A stretch of DNA of 64,000 nucleotides from the human T2T-CHM13v2.0 reference genome, Homo sapiens: NCBI RefSeq assembly GCF_009914755.1, contig NC_060944.1; one strand, 5' to 3'. Position numbers and translations under genes: made by a program. The notes beneath the pieces were generated by a model. That model made no database searches and had not been told where the DNA came from. It saw nothing but the letters and a program-made list of their open reading frames with translations. How positions within the stretch are numbered: position 1 is the stretch's first letter; every line of letters starts with the position of its first letter. This document shows, one piece after another, positions 1 through 12,859 of this stretch.

Positions 1-126
1 TCCATCCATCCATTTATCCATCCGTCCATTTATCCATCCATCCATCCACCCACCCATCCATCCATCCATCCACTTATCCATCCACCCATCCATCCATCCG
101 TCCATCCATTCATCCATCCATCCATC
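1..126 (+). repeat. Degenerate (TCCA)n microsatellite
   Basis: Read directly; begins at the window edge. Confidence 0.95.
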
Positions 127-154
127 CTCCCACAAACTCACCAAGCCTACAATA

Positions 155-721
155 CAATCAATTCTGCTGTAACATGAAATATACATTTCTAAAAATTACT
201 GTGCAACGCAAAATCTTGCTATAAAAATCACACAGCTTATGGGAAAATGGGGTCAGTGTCACATCAAAAACAGAAAAAGGCAAGAATGCAGTAAAAATGA
301 AAGCATGGTTTTAAATATGTTAAATGCTTTAGAAATGCACAAATACTACAATAAAAATGGCATTTGACCTTGAAAATGACCTGCAGTTTGCTTGTGGAAG
401 TGGGTGTCGGAAGAGGTGCAGCCTGTGAGTGATTGTGAGGTGGTGAGGGAAAAACTGAAGTCAATGGAAAGTTGTACCACCAGGTGTGGACAGGTGTGGC
501 TTATAATAGTAAACTGAGGGTGCCGTGGATGTCTGAGGCGCATGTGTTTTGTGTATTCTTATGTGGGTGCAGTTTTCTTCATTCACCCAGTGCTCCTCGT
601 GGATGAAATTGCACCTGAACAAATGCAAAATTTATGTTATGCTCAAATTGTTCCCTAATACTTGAATCATGTTGGAACAAATTCTCGTTTTCAAAACAAG
701 TACTGTAGCAGAATTGCCCTG
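155..721. mobile_element. Non-autonomous TcMar/Tigger-type DNA transposon
   Basis: Inverted ends caatcaattctgctgtaac ... tactgtagcagaattgccctg; TA at left, TG at right (decayed TA target site). Confidence 0.65.
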
Positions 722-869
722 TGCCAGGATATACCATATCATACAATCCTGACCCCGACTTCTCAACCATTCAAGGTATTTCCAAGCCTGACCACCTCTA
801 TGAGACTGTGTGTGGCTCATGGGTGCAAAGCCAAGGATTTATTTTTTTATTTGTCAAAAACTCATCTTG

Positions 870-1380
870 AGCCAAGCACTGATAGTACTATTTATCAATG
901 TTGATCCATTTAATCCTCTTAACAACTCTATAAAAGCTAGGTATTTGTAATTAATACCCATTTTATAAAATGGGAAACTGAGGCACAGAATTGTTAAGTA
1001 ATTGAACCAAAATCACTCTGCTAGGAGTGGCAGACCTAGGACTTGAACCTGGAGAGTCTGGCTCCAGGATTCACCCTCCTAAGCACTGCGTTATACTGTC
1101 TCTATTTGCCCTGAGGGGACCTCAGCCTTGCCCAGAGCAAAGCACAGGGATTTGCAGGTCAAAGCTACGGGGTCAGGCAGGCCTGGAACTGAATCCTGAC
1201 TCCACCACTCACTAGTCGTGGAGGCACATTCTTCACTTCTCAGAGCCTTGGTTTACTCCCCAGGAAAACAGGAATAAAGAACAATAGGATAATCCCAGTG
1301 CTGTTGTGAGTATTAAATGAGATAAACGCCTTAGAACAGAGTCTGGCATACTCAAATGCTCAAGAAATACTAGTGCTTAT
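870..1380. mobile_element. Two MIR SINEs in opposite orientations
   Basis: MIR cores gggaaactgaggcacaga and tctcagagccttggttt; many more MIR/L2 fragments occur across the window. Confidence 0.7.
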
Positions 1381-2689
1381 AAAACAAAACAAAAGAAAAC
1401 AAATCCCTGTCTCCTAGCCACAGATGCATCCAGCTCTGCTTTGTCCTTTGGGCACGGGAATGCTGCTAAATAGTAGAGGTGGGGAAGAAAAGGGGGTTCT
1501 GACCACCCACCCAGGCTCCTGAGCCTTTGGTGATTAGGAAACAGCCTTGGTAGAACCGTGACCCTGAGCCCGGGTTCAGTGGCCCTGCCACTGCCTTACA
1601 CTCTGCTTCCCTGGGCTGTGGACACAGTGACCCAGACACTCAGAGACCTGGATGCCGATGACCCAGACATCTCGGGACAACAAAGAACAGAGGGAAGAAG
1701 CAGGTGGGTGCTGGGAGCCAGCCTGGAGCGCTTCTGGGTCAACAGAGAGGATGCCAAGGCCCTGGATTCTGTGTGCTGAAGGGGCGGGAAGGAGTGAAAT
1801 GTATGCATGCTTCTGCTCACACACACCCACCTATTATTCATCAGAATGTGCAGAGCACCAACTGTGGGCCAGCTAGACAGGCATTGAACTCAGTGTCTAG
1901 TGGGACAGACAGACACACATGTGACAAGATAGAGAGTGGAGGGCACTGTGGTGGGGGAGGGACAGGGGACTGTGAGAGCTGCTGATACAGCCAGAGGAAC
2001 GGTAGGCCCTACCCGTTCCATTCCACTTCTGCCCACGCCCAGGACAGACATTGCTAATCAACCTCAGCTCTCCTGCCAAGCCTGGACTTGGCTCCAGAAT
2101 CCTTCTCAACACAGCACTCCAGGGAACCACTATCAATTACTGGTGTTGGCACATGAGATACAGCCTTTGTGCCAGTTCTCAGCTGAGGTCTGGAGAAGGA
2201 ATGAGTCAGAGGGTGAAGGGGGAGCAGGGGTAGAGAAGGAAGTGCCAGGTAGAGGGTGCAATGGATGCAAAGACCTGGAGGTGAGAAAAGTGAAGGGTAA
2301 AGGTTCAGGGTGGTGGAGTCCCCACATGGATGGGGACTGGGAGAGGCTGGGAAAAGTCAGAAGAATAAGTGCTGGGTGGCAAACTGTGGTGTTCAACCAA
2401 AAAGGAGACCTGTAGGTGTCCAGGCAAGAGCGATGTATGGCCTTGACCAGGAGATGGAAGTGGGGAGGAATGGATGGATTCAAGAGATCATTAAGAATAA
2501 AATGGCACAGCATGATTATGGATTGGGAATGGATTATGGATTGGAGAGGGGGAACTGTCTGCAAGAACCCCAGATTTCTGGTTTGGGCAGCTGGGGAGAT
2601 GGTAGCCCTGTGCACCCAGGCAGTGTAGCAGGCTCTGCTGGGCCATCCCCCCACCCCTTATTATGTCAGTGCTTGCTGACTTCTAACCG

Positions 2690-3085
2690 CCAGAGTCTGC
2701 ATGCCTTTGCCCAGGCTTCTCTGGCCCCTGAAGAGCTTCTCTAGCCTCAAGAGCCTATGTTACCACAGGAAGAGCCAGAGTTAACAGGGAGCAGCCACTG
2801 CTCAGTAACTCGTTAAGAGCTGGAATATAAATACCTCAGCTCCCTCACTTCCTGAGGAGATAACTCCCAGGTGCATGTTTCACATGGGTTCCGAGAGTTC
2901 CCCATCAGGATTGGCTCTGGTTGCCCACCAGGAAAGCTGGCTTCTTAAAGCATGCTTTGTTGGGTGCATCACCTCTCTCCCACATGCTCCTCTGCTATTA
3001 TTTTCTAGAATCACCTCCCAGGTGAATCACTTGCACTTGAACCCATGTCTCAGGTCTGGTTCTGGGAAAACCCAAACTAGAACAC
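2690..3085 (+). mobile_element. LTR16-family (ERVL) solo LTR
   Basis: tataaatacctcagctccct and 3' end cacttgcacttgaacccatgtctcaggtctggttctgggaaaacccaaactagaaca. Confidence 0.65.
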
Positions 3086-3730
3086 ACGTCAATAGGGAGT
3101 ATCTCAGGATTAGGGCAGGTGGGGAGTATGGTATGTCTGGAAGGTTCTGTTCTCACGGCCCCATCTCAGAGGGCTTGAGCTCTAGCTCCTGCCCTTTTCC
3201 TGGGTGAGATGGGCCTGGCCTGGTGGCATGGCTGGTTGACTCTGCATCCTTAACCCACAGAGCTCCAATTTCTGATCAGGCAGAAACAGGCTCAAGGAAA
3301 GAAAGCCCTTCCCCAGCCCCAGGGGATCAACCACAACTGGCCCAGCATGAGGCCCATGGTGTGGAAAGAGAGAGGGGCTCTGGGTCCTTGATGGCATCCT
3401 TGAACTACCAAACCATCCTGGAAGCCTCTACTTCCAAAAAACTTAATAAATGCAACCATTAAAGAGAAAAAGAGTGTAAACATTAAGGGCAGATACCCAA
3501 TGCCCGGATTTGAATCCCAGCTCAGCCACTGACTGGCTGTGTGACGTGGGGCAACTTATTTACCCTCTCTGAGCTTCCATTTCCTCATCTGTAAAATGGG
3601 AATATTAACAGTCCCATTGTCAGGTTGTTGTGACAATTAAATGAGTCAATATAAGTAAAAGCCCAGCACAGTGTCTGCACATAGTAAGTGTTCTCTGCAA
3701 GAGTTAGCCACGGCCATTATTACCATTAAG

Positions 3731-3895
3731 CCAGGGCTTCTCTACCTTAATGTGCATACAAACCAGCTGGGGGTCTCATTAAAATACAGATTCTGATTCA
3801 GTGGGTCTGGGGTAGAGGCTGAGATTCTGCATATTTAACAAGCTCCCATGCCAGTGTTTCTGGGCTGTGGATCACACTTCGAATAGCAAGGGCTG
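3731..3895. mobile_element. MER5-type hAT-Charlie DNA transposon
   Basis: aaatacagattctgattcagtgggtctgggg...gagattctgcat...aacaagctccc; similar copies near 20760-20930, 25935-26085 and 37808-37998. Confidence 0.75.
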
Positions 3896-5779
3896 AAGCC
3901 ATTGTCCATTGGTATTACATAACCCGGGACTCAAGGCATCCTCACTGACAGAGCGACCCAACCCACAGGCACCCCTTCCCCATCCCTGACACCTTGCTGG
4001 GAACACAACATTTCCCAAGTTTTCTATACCTGTCCTTTGCAGCTCTCCCCACACTGCTAGTTGCTTAGTCAGTGCCCAAGAGTGGAAGCTCATGGAGGAC
4101 AAGGTATCTGAGGTGCCTGACCCAACTGCCTGGCACATTCTAAGTGCTCAATCACATCTGCTGAAATGAAAATCCTGTGCCTACCTGCAGGAATACATAC
4201 GCCTGGTGATCCAGCGCAGTCAGACAGACCCAGCGGTGCCAGGGGCTGCAGCCTTGCGGGGGTGCTCAAGTGGGGCTGGCTCCCTGTAAGCCTCAGCTGG
4301 GCTGGCAGAAGCCCAAGGGGTGGGGAGAAGGGAGAACAGTCCCTTCCTGTTTCAGAGCCCGGCATTTGGGCCAAACCAGTGCCCAAAATGCCTACAGAAC
4401 AAGAAGTCTGACCACAGCTCAATGTCCCCACCCATTCCTTCTGTGTCCCTACCTCGCCCAGGTGTTGGGCAGGTGGCAGCGCCTCGCCTGGCTGGGATCC
4501 ACCAACACTCAGCTCTTTTCAGGAGGCCAAGACTGTCCCCTGCTGCTGGACCCGTCACCCTCCAACCCACCTGATACCTCCTCAGTTGGGCTCAGAACAC
4601 CCACCTCAAGCCTTTTAGTAATCGTAATCCTCACAGCCAACACTTACTCAGTGCTTACTCTGTGCTAAGCACTTTATAGACACAACTGTATTTGGGGTGG
4701 CTCACTATATCCGTTAGAATGCAACTGACCAAAACAGCAAAATAGCCAACAAACAGTGGCTTAATGAACAACAAACAATAATAGCTAACAATTACAGAGC
4801 TGGTCACTGTGCTAAGTTCTTTTACATGTATTAACATATTGAACCCTCACAACTCTGTAAGTGTCTGCACTGTTATGTCCCCTTTCTATAGATGAAGAAA
4901 CTGGGCTCAGAGAGGTGAAGTAACTTCCCCAAAGCCACACAGCTACTAAGAAGCTGAAATGAACCACATACCAGGGCAGTCTCGTTTTTGAGTCCTGGCT
5001 TTGAACCTGTCTGTAATTAGACTCTCTGGTCCCTTAAAACCCATTACAGCAAACAGTAACAAGAGCCATGTTCCAAACACCTATCACCTGCAGGCATCAC
5101 CTCGTTTCTTCCTCATAACACACTCTGATAATGCTCCCCTTGGTCATGTGGCCTTTCTGAGCCTTCATCTCCTCTTCTATAAAACGGAAATGCAGGTTTG
5201 ACTTCTCTGCTGCTGCTCACTGAAGCACGTTGCCCTTCCCACAATCTAGTCCTCCAGACCTGCCCGTGAGGCTGACAGATATTTACTGGCCTCAAACATG
5301 AGAGAGGTCCACTGATGTGCTCAAGCCCACCCAGGGGCATGAGTGGCAGAGCCAGGATTAGGACCTGAGCTTCCTGACTCCCTGAGACTCACACCTGTCA
5401 GCAGGGCCCCACTGCTCCCCAGATGCTGAGAATATCTTCCTCCAAGTTCTGCTGCCTTGCCATGTTTCTCAGGTTAAAGAAAACACTGGCTCCCTTCCTC
5501 CTCCTCCTCCTCCTCTCCCTTCCGCTGTCCTCCTCCTGTTCTCGCCCACGGGAAAGTCTCGCTAGGAGGTGGGTGGAACAGCAGCATCTGCTAAGGCAAG
5601 GCCATTCACGAGGCTGAAGATGCCCAGTTTAGGAGGGGCTGGGGGTGGGGAAGGCTTTTAGCCAGCAGAAGCCCCCAGCTGAGGGGCAGGGCCAGAATGA
5701 AGGGAAGCAAAAGTGGAGGCCAAGCCCCAGCCCCACCTCTCAGTGGCTGTGTGTCTGTCCTTGCACAAGTCACTTAGCC

Positions 5780-5965
5780 AGTACTGTTCAAACGAATTTT
5801 CTATGATGATGGAAATGTTCTATTTTCTGCACCACCCAATATGGTTGTCGCTAGCCACAAGTTGCTAGCGAGCACTTGAAATATGGCTAGTGCAATAGAA
5901 GAACAGAAAGTTTCATCTTATTTAATTAGCCACATGCTTCTAGTGGCTACTTTTCTGGACAGTTG
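5780..5965. mobile_element. MER3-like hAT-Charlie element
   Basis: gatgatggaaatgttcta...tagccac...agcacttgaaat...tagtggctac; related copy near 24075-24255. Confidence 0.7.
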
Positions 5966-7146
5966 TGGAATTTAACTTTTCTAAGCCTCAGTCTTCCCAT
6001 GTGCACAAGAATCATGATATCCCACCCCACTTCCCTGACTTTAGACGATAGCTAGGACCATGAAGCGATGCAGTGCTGGGAAATAACCCCTGGCTGGGAG
6101 TCAAGACTCCTGGGTTCCAGACCTGGTAACACACTTCATGATGCAGAGTGAGCTCTTTAACCTCTCTGAGTGCCCTGGTCATCTGTATGATAAGGAAGTT
6201 GCTTTGGATCAAAGTTTCTTTGATCTAGGGATCCATGGATGGTTTTAGGGGACTCTGATAACCCCTACAGTTATGAGAAAAGCATGTTCGCAGGACTGTG
6301 TGTGGGAGAATGAGGGTGTACATGCACTGAGGGCTGTGTGTATTGGGGGAAACTGGGCCCAATGCTTTCCTGAAATTCTTAAAGGGGTCTGTGAAAATGA
6401 GAAACCCCTAGTCTAGGTGAGTTGCTCTAGGGTAAAAGCTTTTTAACAGTGGAGTTCTCAGGCCACACTCCCAGAGACTAAGTCAGCAGCCTGGATGTGG
6501 GGTCCTGCAAGCTGCACTGGTAACGTGTTCCCGTGATTCTGACGCGGAGCCCACAGAGGGAAACGCTGGCAAGGAGCCAGCCACACTACTGTCTAGTGAG
6601 CTGATGCTCAAGAAATGCCTTTATAAAGCAGTAGTATACATTTTTCAAAACCAACGGGATTTAGGAAACTAAAAAAGTAAAGAGGAAATAATGATGATAA
6701 TAAAACCCCTTTCTACCCCTCCTTTATTTCTTAAGCAGCACTAATATACAGCACTTAGTGCCAAACACTGCTTTATGCTGTGTATAAATATCACCCCTGC
6801 ATTATATGGATTGTAAACGTCTAATCCTCATAACACCCCTATGAAGCTGATGCTGTTAATCCCATTTTACAGATGAGGAAACTGTGGCTTAGAGACCTTG
6901 CCCAAGGTCACACAGCAGGAAGGGGGTGGAGCCAGGATTCAAATCCAAGCAGCGGGGCTCGCTCTCCCTCGGGGCTTTGCTGTTACACTGCCTCCCTTCT
7001 GAAGATGGGGGATGAACCTGGAGCCCTGAGCTGGCGCTTTCACAGCCTGGAGCTGCCCTAGGGCTCCCAGAGGGGTTGCTCAGTCCCTCCCGTGCCCCAC
7101 CACAAAAGACTGCAAGAACCAGGAGGGCTGGTGGCCCCACACTTAC

Positions 7147-7288
7147 TTGCCCTCTGAGCCATAGCTGTTCATGCTGTCCTCAATGGACTCGTGGCTGGCC
7201 TGGCGCAGTGTCCGGCTGGGCATCTCCACTGCCAGGCCCGTCTCCGTGCTCCTCTGGATGGCCCCCTTCAGCCTCCGGCTGTCCCCTT
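7147..7288 (-). CDS. RIMS4: RIMS4 coding exon 2 (139 or 142 nt): (E)GDSRRLKGAIQRSTETGLAVEMPSRTLRQASHESIEDSMNSYGSEG(N)
   Basis: Polypyrimidine tract and CAG/AAG acceptors at 7291-7286; continues exon 1 in phase 1; contains the RIM-family IQRSTETG and RQAS motifs; donor AA|GTAAGT at 7147|7146, phase 2. Confidence 0.96.
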
Positions 7289-7642
7289 CTGGGCAAAGCG
7301 GCCAAGAGAGATGGGAAGAGAGACACAGGTGGGAGGGGGACAGAGAGAAGAGTCATCTGGTTAGCAGTGTTTCAGCAGCTGGGGGCTGTCCAGCTTCAGC
7401 CTCCACCCTCAGCCCATCAACCTCCTCAGACTCCTGGCCTCACCAGTAACCACTCCACCAACAAACAGTATTGCATGAGTTCTGTTAAACGATAGATTCA
7501 TTTACATGTGCTTTTTCTCCCCCTTGAATTCATTTCTCCCCTGAAATCTTCTCCAAATCATTTCTCTTCCTCCTCTTCAGCTACTATTTATTGAGCACCT
7601 ACTATGTGTCCTACTGTGTCAAGTGCTTTGCATGGATTTTGA

Positions 7643-7872
7643 CCAGGGTTTCTTGACCTCAGCAGACTGGCTGTGTGGATGGCATATTGCTTTGCAGTAG
7701 GGGCTGCCCTGGGCATCACAGAATGTCTAACAGTATCCCTGGCCTTTGCCCACTAGATACTAATAGCAACCCTCACCCCACCCCGCTGCAGTCCAGTTGC
7801 AGCAATAAAAAATATCTCCAGACATTGCCAAATAGCCCCTAGGCAGCAAAAATCACCCTTGATTGAGGACTA
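7643..7872. mobile_element. MER20 (hAT-Charlie)
   Basis: cagggtttcttgacctcagca...cccactagat...aatatctccagacattgccaaat...ttgag. Confidence 0.8.
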
Positions 7873-8809
7873 CTCGCACTGAAACCAGATGGCATGGGTT
7901 CAAATCCTGGATATCTATCTCAGTGGCTGGGAGACTTAAGGCAAATTACTCAGCCTCTGTGTGCCTCTATTTGCACAACTGTCAAGTGGGAGAATAACAG
8001 GCTCTTATGAGGCTAAATGGCCCCCATCAGCCGCCCACTCCTTCCATTCTGTGGTCAAACATCATCTTATCCAAGATCTTTCTTGACCTCTCCTGGCCCC
8101 TCCAAAACAGCAGCCTTCTCCCACCCCCTGCCCCTCTCTGCCCTGACTCCTGCTTTGGTTTTCCTCCTAACACTTACCACCCAAATGCGTTAAACAATAT
8201 TGGTGTTTTGGCCAGCTTCCTCTGCGAAGACCATAAACTCCATGAGGACAGGGAATTTTGTTCACTCTTGAAGCCTCAGCACCAAGAACAGGGTCTAGAC
8301 CATTGTAGAGCTCAACTAATAACTGTGGCTGCCTTGAGAGCAGCCTTAATCCTCACAACCAACCGTAAGGTGGATGCTGCTGTTCACCCCCATCCAGTAC
8401 CCAAAACAGGAGGCACGGAGAGGTCAGGACTTGTCCACGCCCATAGAGCTAGTAAGGTGGGGAGCCAGGACACAGCCCCGGGAGGGTGTCTGCTCCCTGC
8501 TCCATGGCCTAGTGATTCAAGGGACTGTAGGCTTGCTAGAGGTGGGGTAGATCATTAGTGGGATCTTTTTCATGGTCCCACAAAGTCCAGACATGGGCTG
8601 ATTCCCAAGAGGATCCTTCAATGCTTGCTGATTGACCCACTGGGGAAAAGCAGCCCCAATCACACCCAGTCATCCTCCTCCTGCCAGAGGACAAGAGAGC
8701 TGGGCCTGCGTACAGGAGCAGGGCAAGCCAGGACAGCTCCCGCCGGCCTTCTCCTGGCCTCCCTCCTCCTCCCAGCTCCAGGATGGTCTCTCCTTCCTCC
8801 CTGCCTCTA

Positions 8810-9400
8810 AGAATCACACACACGTGTACACACACACATGCATGCGTAGATACAAACACTCTGTTTCTCAGAACGTGTAGCCTCGTATTTCTGTCTCCCA
8901 CGTGTCTTTGTTATTCAGACACACAGACACCCACACTCAGAAAAACACAGCAACACACACACACAGTAAGATGCATGCAAAGACAGTGTGTTAATGCAGG
9001 TCTGAGTGTGCTCCCAGGGGTCTCCACATGCCTGTCGCTCTGTGTGTTTGAGGCTAAGTGGGTAGGTGTATACACATCTTCCCTGCGTGTTTCTGAACAC
9101 GTGGGAGAGCGTGTGTGCCCCTATATCTGTGTTTCTACTCCATTCCATCATCTGTTCTTTCCCTAGCTTGCATCTGCAGCCTCCCCCGACCCTCTATCTC
9201 CACTGTTTCTGTTATTTCTCTGTGTACAGCAGGTACAGTGACACAGAGAAAGAAAGAACCACTCACATGCACATTCAGAAACAGACTCAGACAGAGATGT
9301 CCCTGTACACACACACACACAGCACTGTACATATGTCCCTGTCAGACGTGCAGGAACAAACACCCCCCCCACACCCCACACTAGGGATACAGACCCATGA
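8810..9400 (+). repeat. Degenerate CA/TG-rich low-complexity tract
   Basis: Runs of acacac and tgtgtg; similar tracts at 46800-47460, 52230-52800 and 54100-54190. Confidence 0.7.
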
Positions 9401-10134
9401 CTGGGCACCCTGCAGGCAGGCAGCACACACCTGCCTCGGCTCCCTCCCTCTCTGCTGAGCGCTGTTCAGGTGCCCCCACCCCGGATCCATCTCCACCTAC
9501 CTGGGTCTGACACATTTCTCCCGGAAGAGGGAGGAGCAGAGCATGACAAACAACTCAGTCCCCCAGAGCTGTGCCTTGCATCTGTGTGGCATCCTACAGC
9601 CCTCAAAGCAGTTCCCAACCAGGCCCTAGGATCTGCCTCCCAGCAGCCCTGGCTCCCCACACAGGTGAGCATGCCTTTGCAGTCAGAAGGCCCAGGTATG
9701 GAGACCCGGGGCAAGCTGGACGGCATCTTCCCACGGAGCTGTTGAGAGGCTTAAATGACAGACGTTTCCCATAGTGCGGGCACAAAGTAGGTGCCAAACA
9801 TAAAAAGCCAAACCACTGCAGAGGGAGAAAGACCTTCCAATGCCCCCACACCTGCCCTTGCCAACTGTCTTGCTGACACCCTTGTAGACTCATTTTTTTC
9901 CCTTGACACACCACCTTCCCCAAGCTGGGGACCACGACTGGACCCAACCACAGCAATGTCCACCATCCAACCTCTACCACCTACCCCTCCTGTGCATCCT
10001 CTCTTGCTAACTGGGCCATGGCCCCCAAAGTGACTGTTCCAGTGCTTTCCCAACTACCCCCACCAAGATCCATCCATCCCACGTGGCTGAGATGTGTTCC
10101 CTTTGTTCTGCTCTTCCTCACTTCCAAATGTCAC

Positions 10135-10580
10135 TGTGATTGTTAATAGCGAGTGTCAACTCGATTGGATTGAAGGATGCAAAGTATCATTCCTGGGTGT
10201 CTCTGTGAGGGTGTTGCCAAAGGAGATTAACATTTGAGTCAGTGGACTGGGAAAGGCAGACCCACCCTCAATCTGGGTGGCATCATCTAATCGGCTGCCA
10301 GCATGGCCAGAATAAAAGCAAGCAGAATGTGGAAAGACTAGACTGGCTTAGCCTCCCAGCGTGCATCTTCCTCCCATGCTGGATGCTTCCTGCTCTCAAA
10401 CACTGGGCTCCAAGTTCTTCAGCTTTGGGACTCAGACTGGCTTCCTTGCTCCTCAGCTTGCAGACTGCCTATTGTGGGACCTTGCCTTGTAATCGTGTGA
10501 ATCAACACTCCTTAATAAACTCTCCTTTATATATACATCTATCCTATTAGTTCTGTCCTTCCAGAGAACCCTGACTAATA
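10135..10580 (+). mobile_element. MLT2A (probably MLT2A1; HERV-L) solo LTR, near full length, 5-bp TSD GTCAC
   Basis: Starts tgtgattgttaata..gagtgtcaac, ends gagaaccctgactaata; GTCAC at 10130-10134 and 10581-10585; AATAAA ~10514. Confidence 0.88.
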
Positions 10581-11269
10581 GTCACCATCCTGACCTTTCA
10601 CCCTGCCTGGCCCTCCCCTCCTTTCTGAAAGGAAGGGGCCGTCCTTCTCCTGGCTGTGGCTGATCCATCTCCATCACTCACCATGACCTCCTCCCCCATT
10701 TGTCCTCTCTGGGCCTTGCGTCTGCTGCCTCTCCATCCTCGGGCCCTTTCTAGTTCTCCCACCTCTTTCACCAACTAACTTCCTCGGAGAACAGCCTCTG
10801 GCCACCAAGTCACCCACCACACCCTCTCTGATCTCTCAGTGTGGCTCCAGCCCATCGATCCATCAGGGCGGCTTACTAAACCATTCTCTAGTGACTGCTC
10901 ACCACCAGGTCTCAACCCAGCTCCCGGGCCCTGAAGCATGGCCCTTTCATTCTCTCAACAGACATCTATTGAACACCCTTTTGTGAGGTGGAAGCCCCTG
11001 AGATGTTAAACACGCTTCTAAGTGCTGCACCTGCTGATAAAACACACTGACGGGAGCCAGGGAGAAATGAACAGCCTCTGCTTGTCGTCCATCAGGACCC
11101 AGAAATAGACCCTCACTTGACCCACTGTAGTGAACAATGTGATCCTCCTCCAAGACCCCCTTTTTACCACTTCTGTGAGCCCCTCCCCACTGTAGCATGC
11201 TATGTGCTGTGGCTTCCCACAGCCAGTACCTGGCACCTTTTTCTGGGGTGGGGTGTGGGGGTGTCTTTC

Positions 11270-11628
11270 TTTGGGCTACTGAGCCCATGTTGCCCCCACA
11301 CAGGCAGAGCTAGAAGTGTCTGGAAATGTATGACCCTTAACCTGCCCTTGCCCTGCCCCTTCATCAAAGACTAAATGAAATGGGAGGATGAACCCTCACC
11401 TCCTCTGCCCTGGGTCAGAACAACTCTGAGGCTTCACGCAGCCCCCAGAGTAACCCCACAGCGGGGCTGGGGCCACCCTTTCGGGACCTGCCTGAGAGCA
11501 CACCATTGCGTGTCTCCTGCCCTGTCTTGTTCTGCTTCCCTGGGTCTGTTCTGGGGGCACTTCCTTCATTACTGCCTCCACACGAATCTCATCTCAGGGT
11601 CTGGTTTGGGGACACCTGACCTAAGACA
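11270..11628 (+). mobile_element. LTR16-family solo LTR
   Basis: 3' end cacgaatctcatctcagggtctggtttggggacacctgacctaagaca. Confidence 0.6.
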
Positions 11629-11861
11629 GGCTGGCACCCTAAGCAAGTAAAAGTTCAAAAATCTTCACACAGGTGGGCTCCCGCATCATAACTGTAGTTG
11701 TACCCATTTACACCCAACCAGCACATTGGGAAGGAAATTTATTTCTCTTTTGTATGCTTCTATGTCATTTGAATTTTAATTAATTCTATAATGCAAATGA
11801 AAGTAAATACAAACAAATTCATAAATAAATCACAGCTTCAGTCATGCCACCATCTTATTTA

Positions 11862-12162
<301 letters not shown>

Positions 12163-12859
12163 CCTCAGAATGTTTCTTCACTGCCTGCTGAATTAGGTTC
12201 AGTTTTTGCACCCAGGCATCCAAGACTCTCCATTTTCTGACTCCCTCCCCATCAGCTACTGCTCTCCCTCGCAGTCTCTATATCCTAGCCCAGCCAGACA
12301 CCTCAGTGCTCCATCCTGAGAAATACTGTACATCCTCAATAACTTCCTCATCCTGGTTCTCACTCCTCTCCTTTCCTCCTTATCAAATTTCTAACCATCC
12401 TCCAGAGTTTAGCTTTAAATAACACCTATAACTTATCAGGCACTCTGTACTTCAGTTTCTTCATCATATAATAGGGATAAAAGCACCAGAATCTCAGGGC
12501 TATGTGAGCACTAAATGTTAACAAGCAAGCAACGTAAAAATGTAATAACATATAACCCTCAGGATGGCCTAGGTGGGCTGGGACACACGGTCAGCCCTCA
12601 ACAAAGTTGACTATTATTAATATGGTTATTACCATTGTGCTAGATGCCATGCCAAGCGTTTTACAAAGGTATCTCCCACTTAATTCTCACAATAAACCAT
12701 GAGATAGCTACTGCCCCCCTTTACAGAGAAAGAAAATGAGGATCGAGAAGGTTAAGTAACTTTCCCAAGGACATGCACGACTACTAATGGTGGAGCTGGA
12801 CTTCAAACCCAGGCTATTCTGGCTCCAAAGCCATGTTTTAAATGCACCCTAAAGTAAAC

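Larger units (their letters stand above)
1..7146 (-). other. RIMS4: RIMS4 intron 2, 5' part (C2-domain exons lie beyond the window start)
   Basis: Starts at GTAAGT donor; no further RIMS4-like coding sequence recognised in 1-7146. Confidence 0.85.

Noticed and set aside
8275-8295. Third RE1-like site CTCAGCACCAAGAACAGGGTC
   Set aside because: Lacks the critical GG of GGACAG; treated only as an L2 proto-site.
8007-8558. 183-aa plus-strand ORF (also 1936-2654 and 41673-42207 ORFs)
   Set aside because: No recognisable domain or supported splice structure; the first two overlap L2/MIR remnants.
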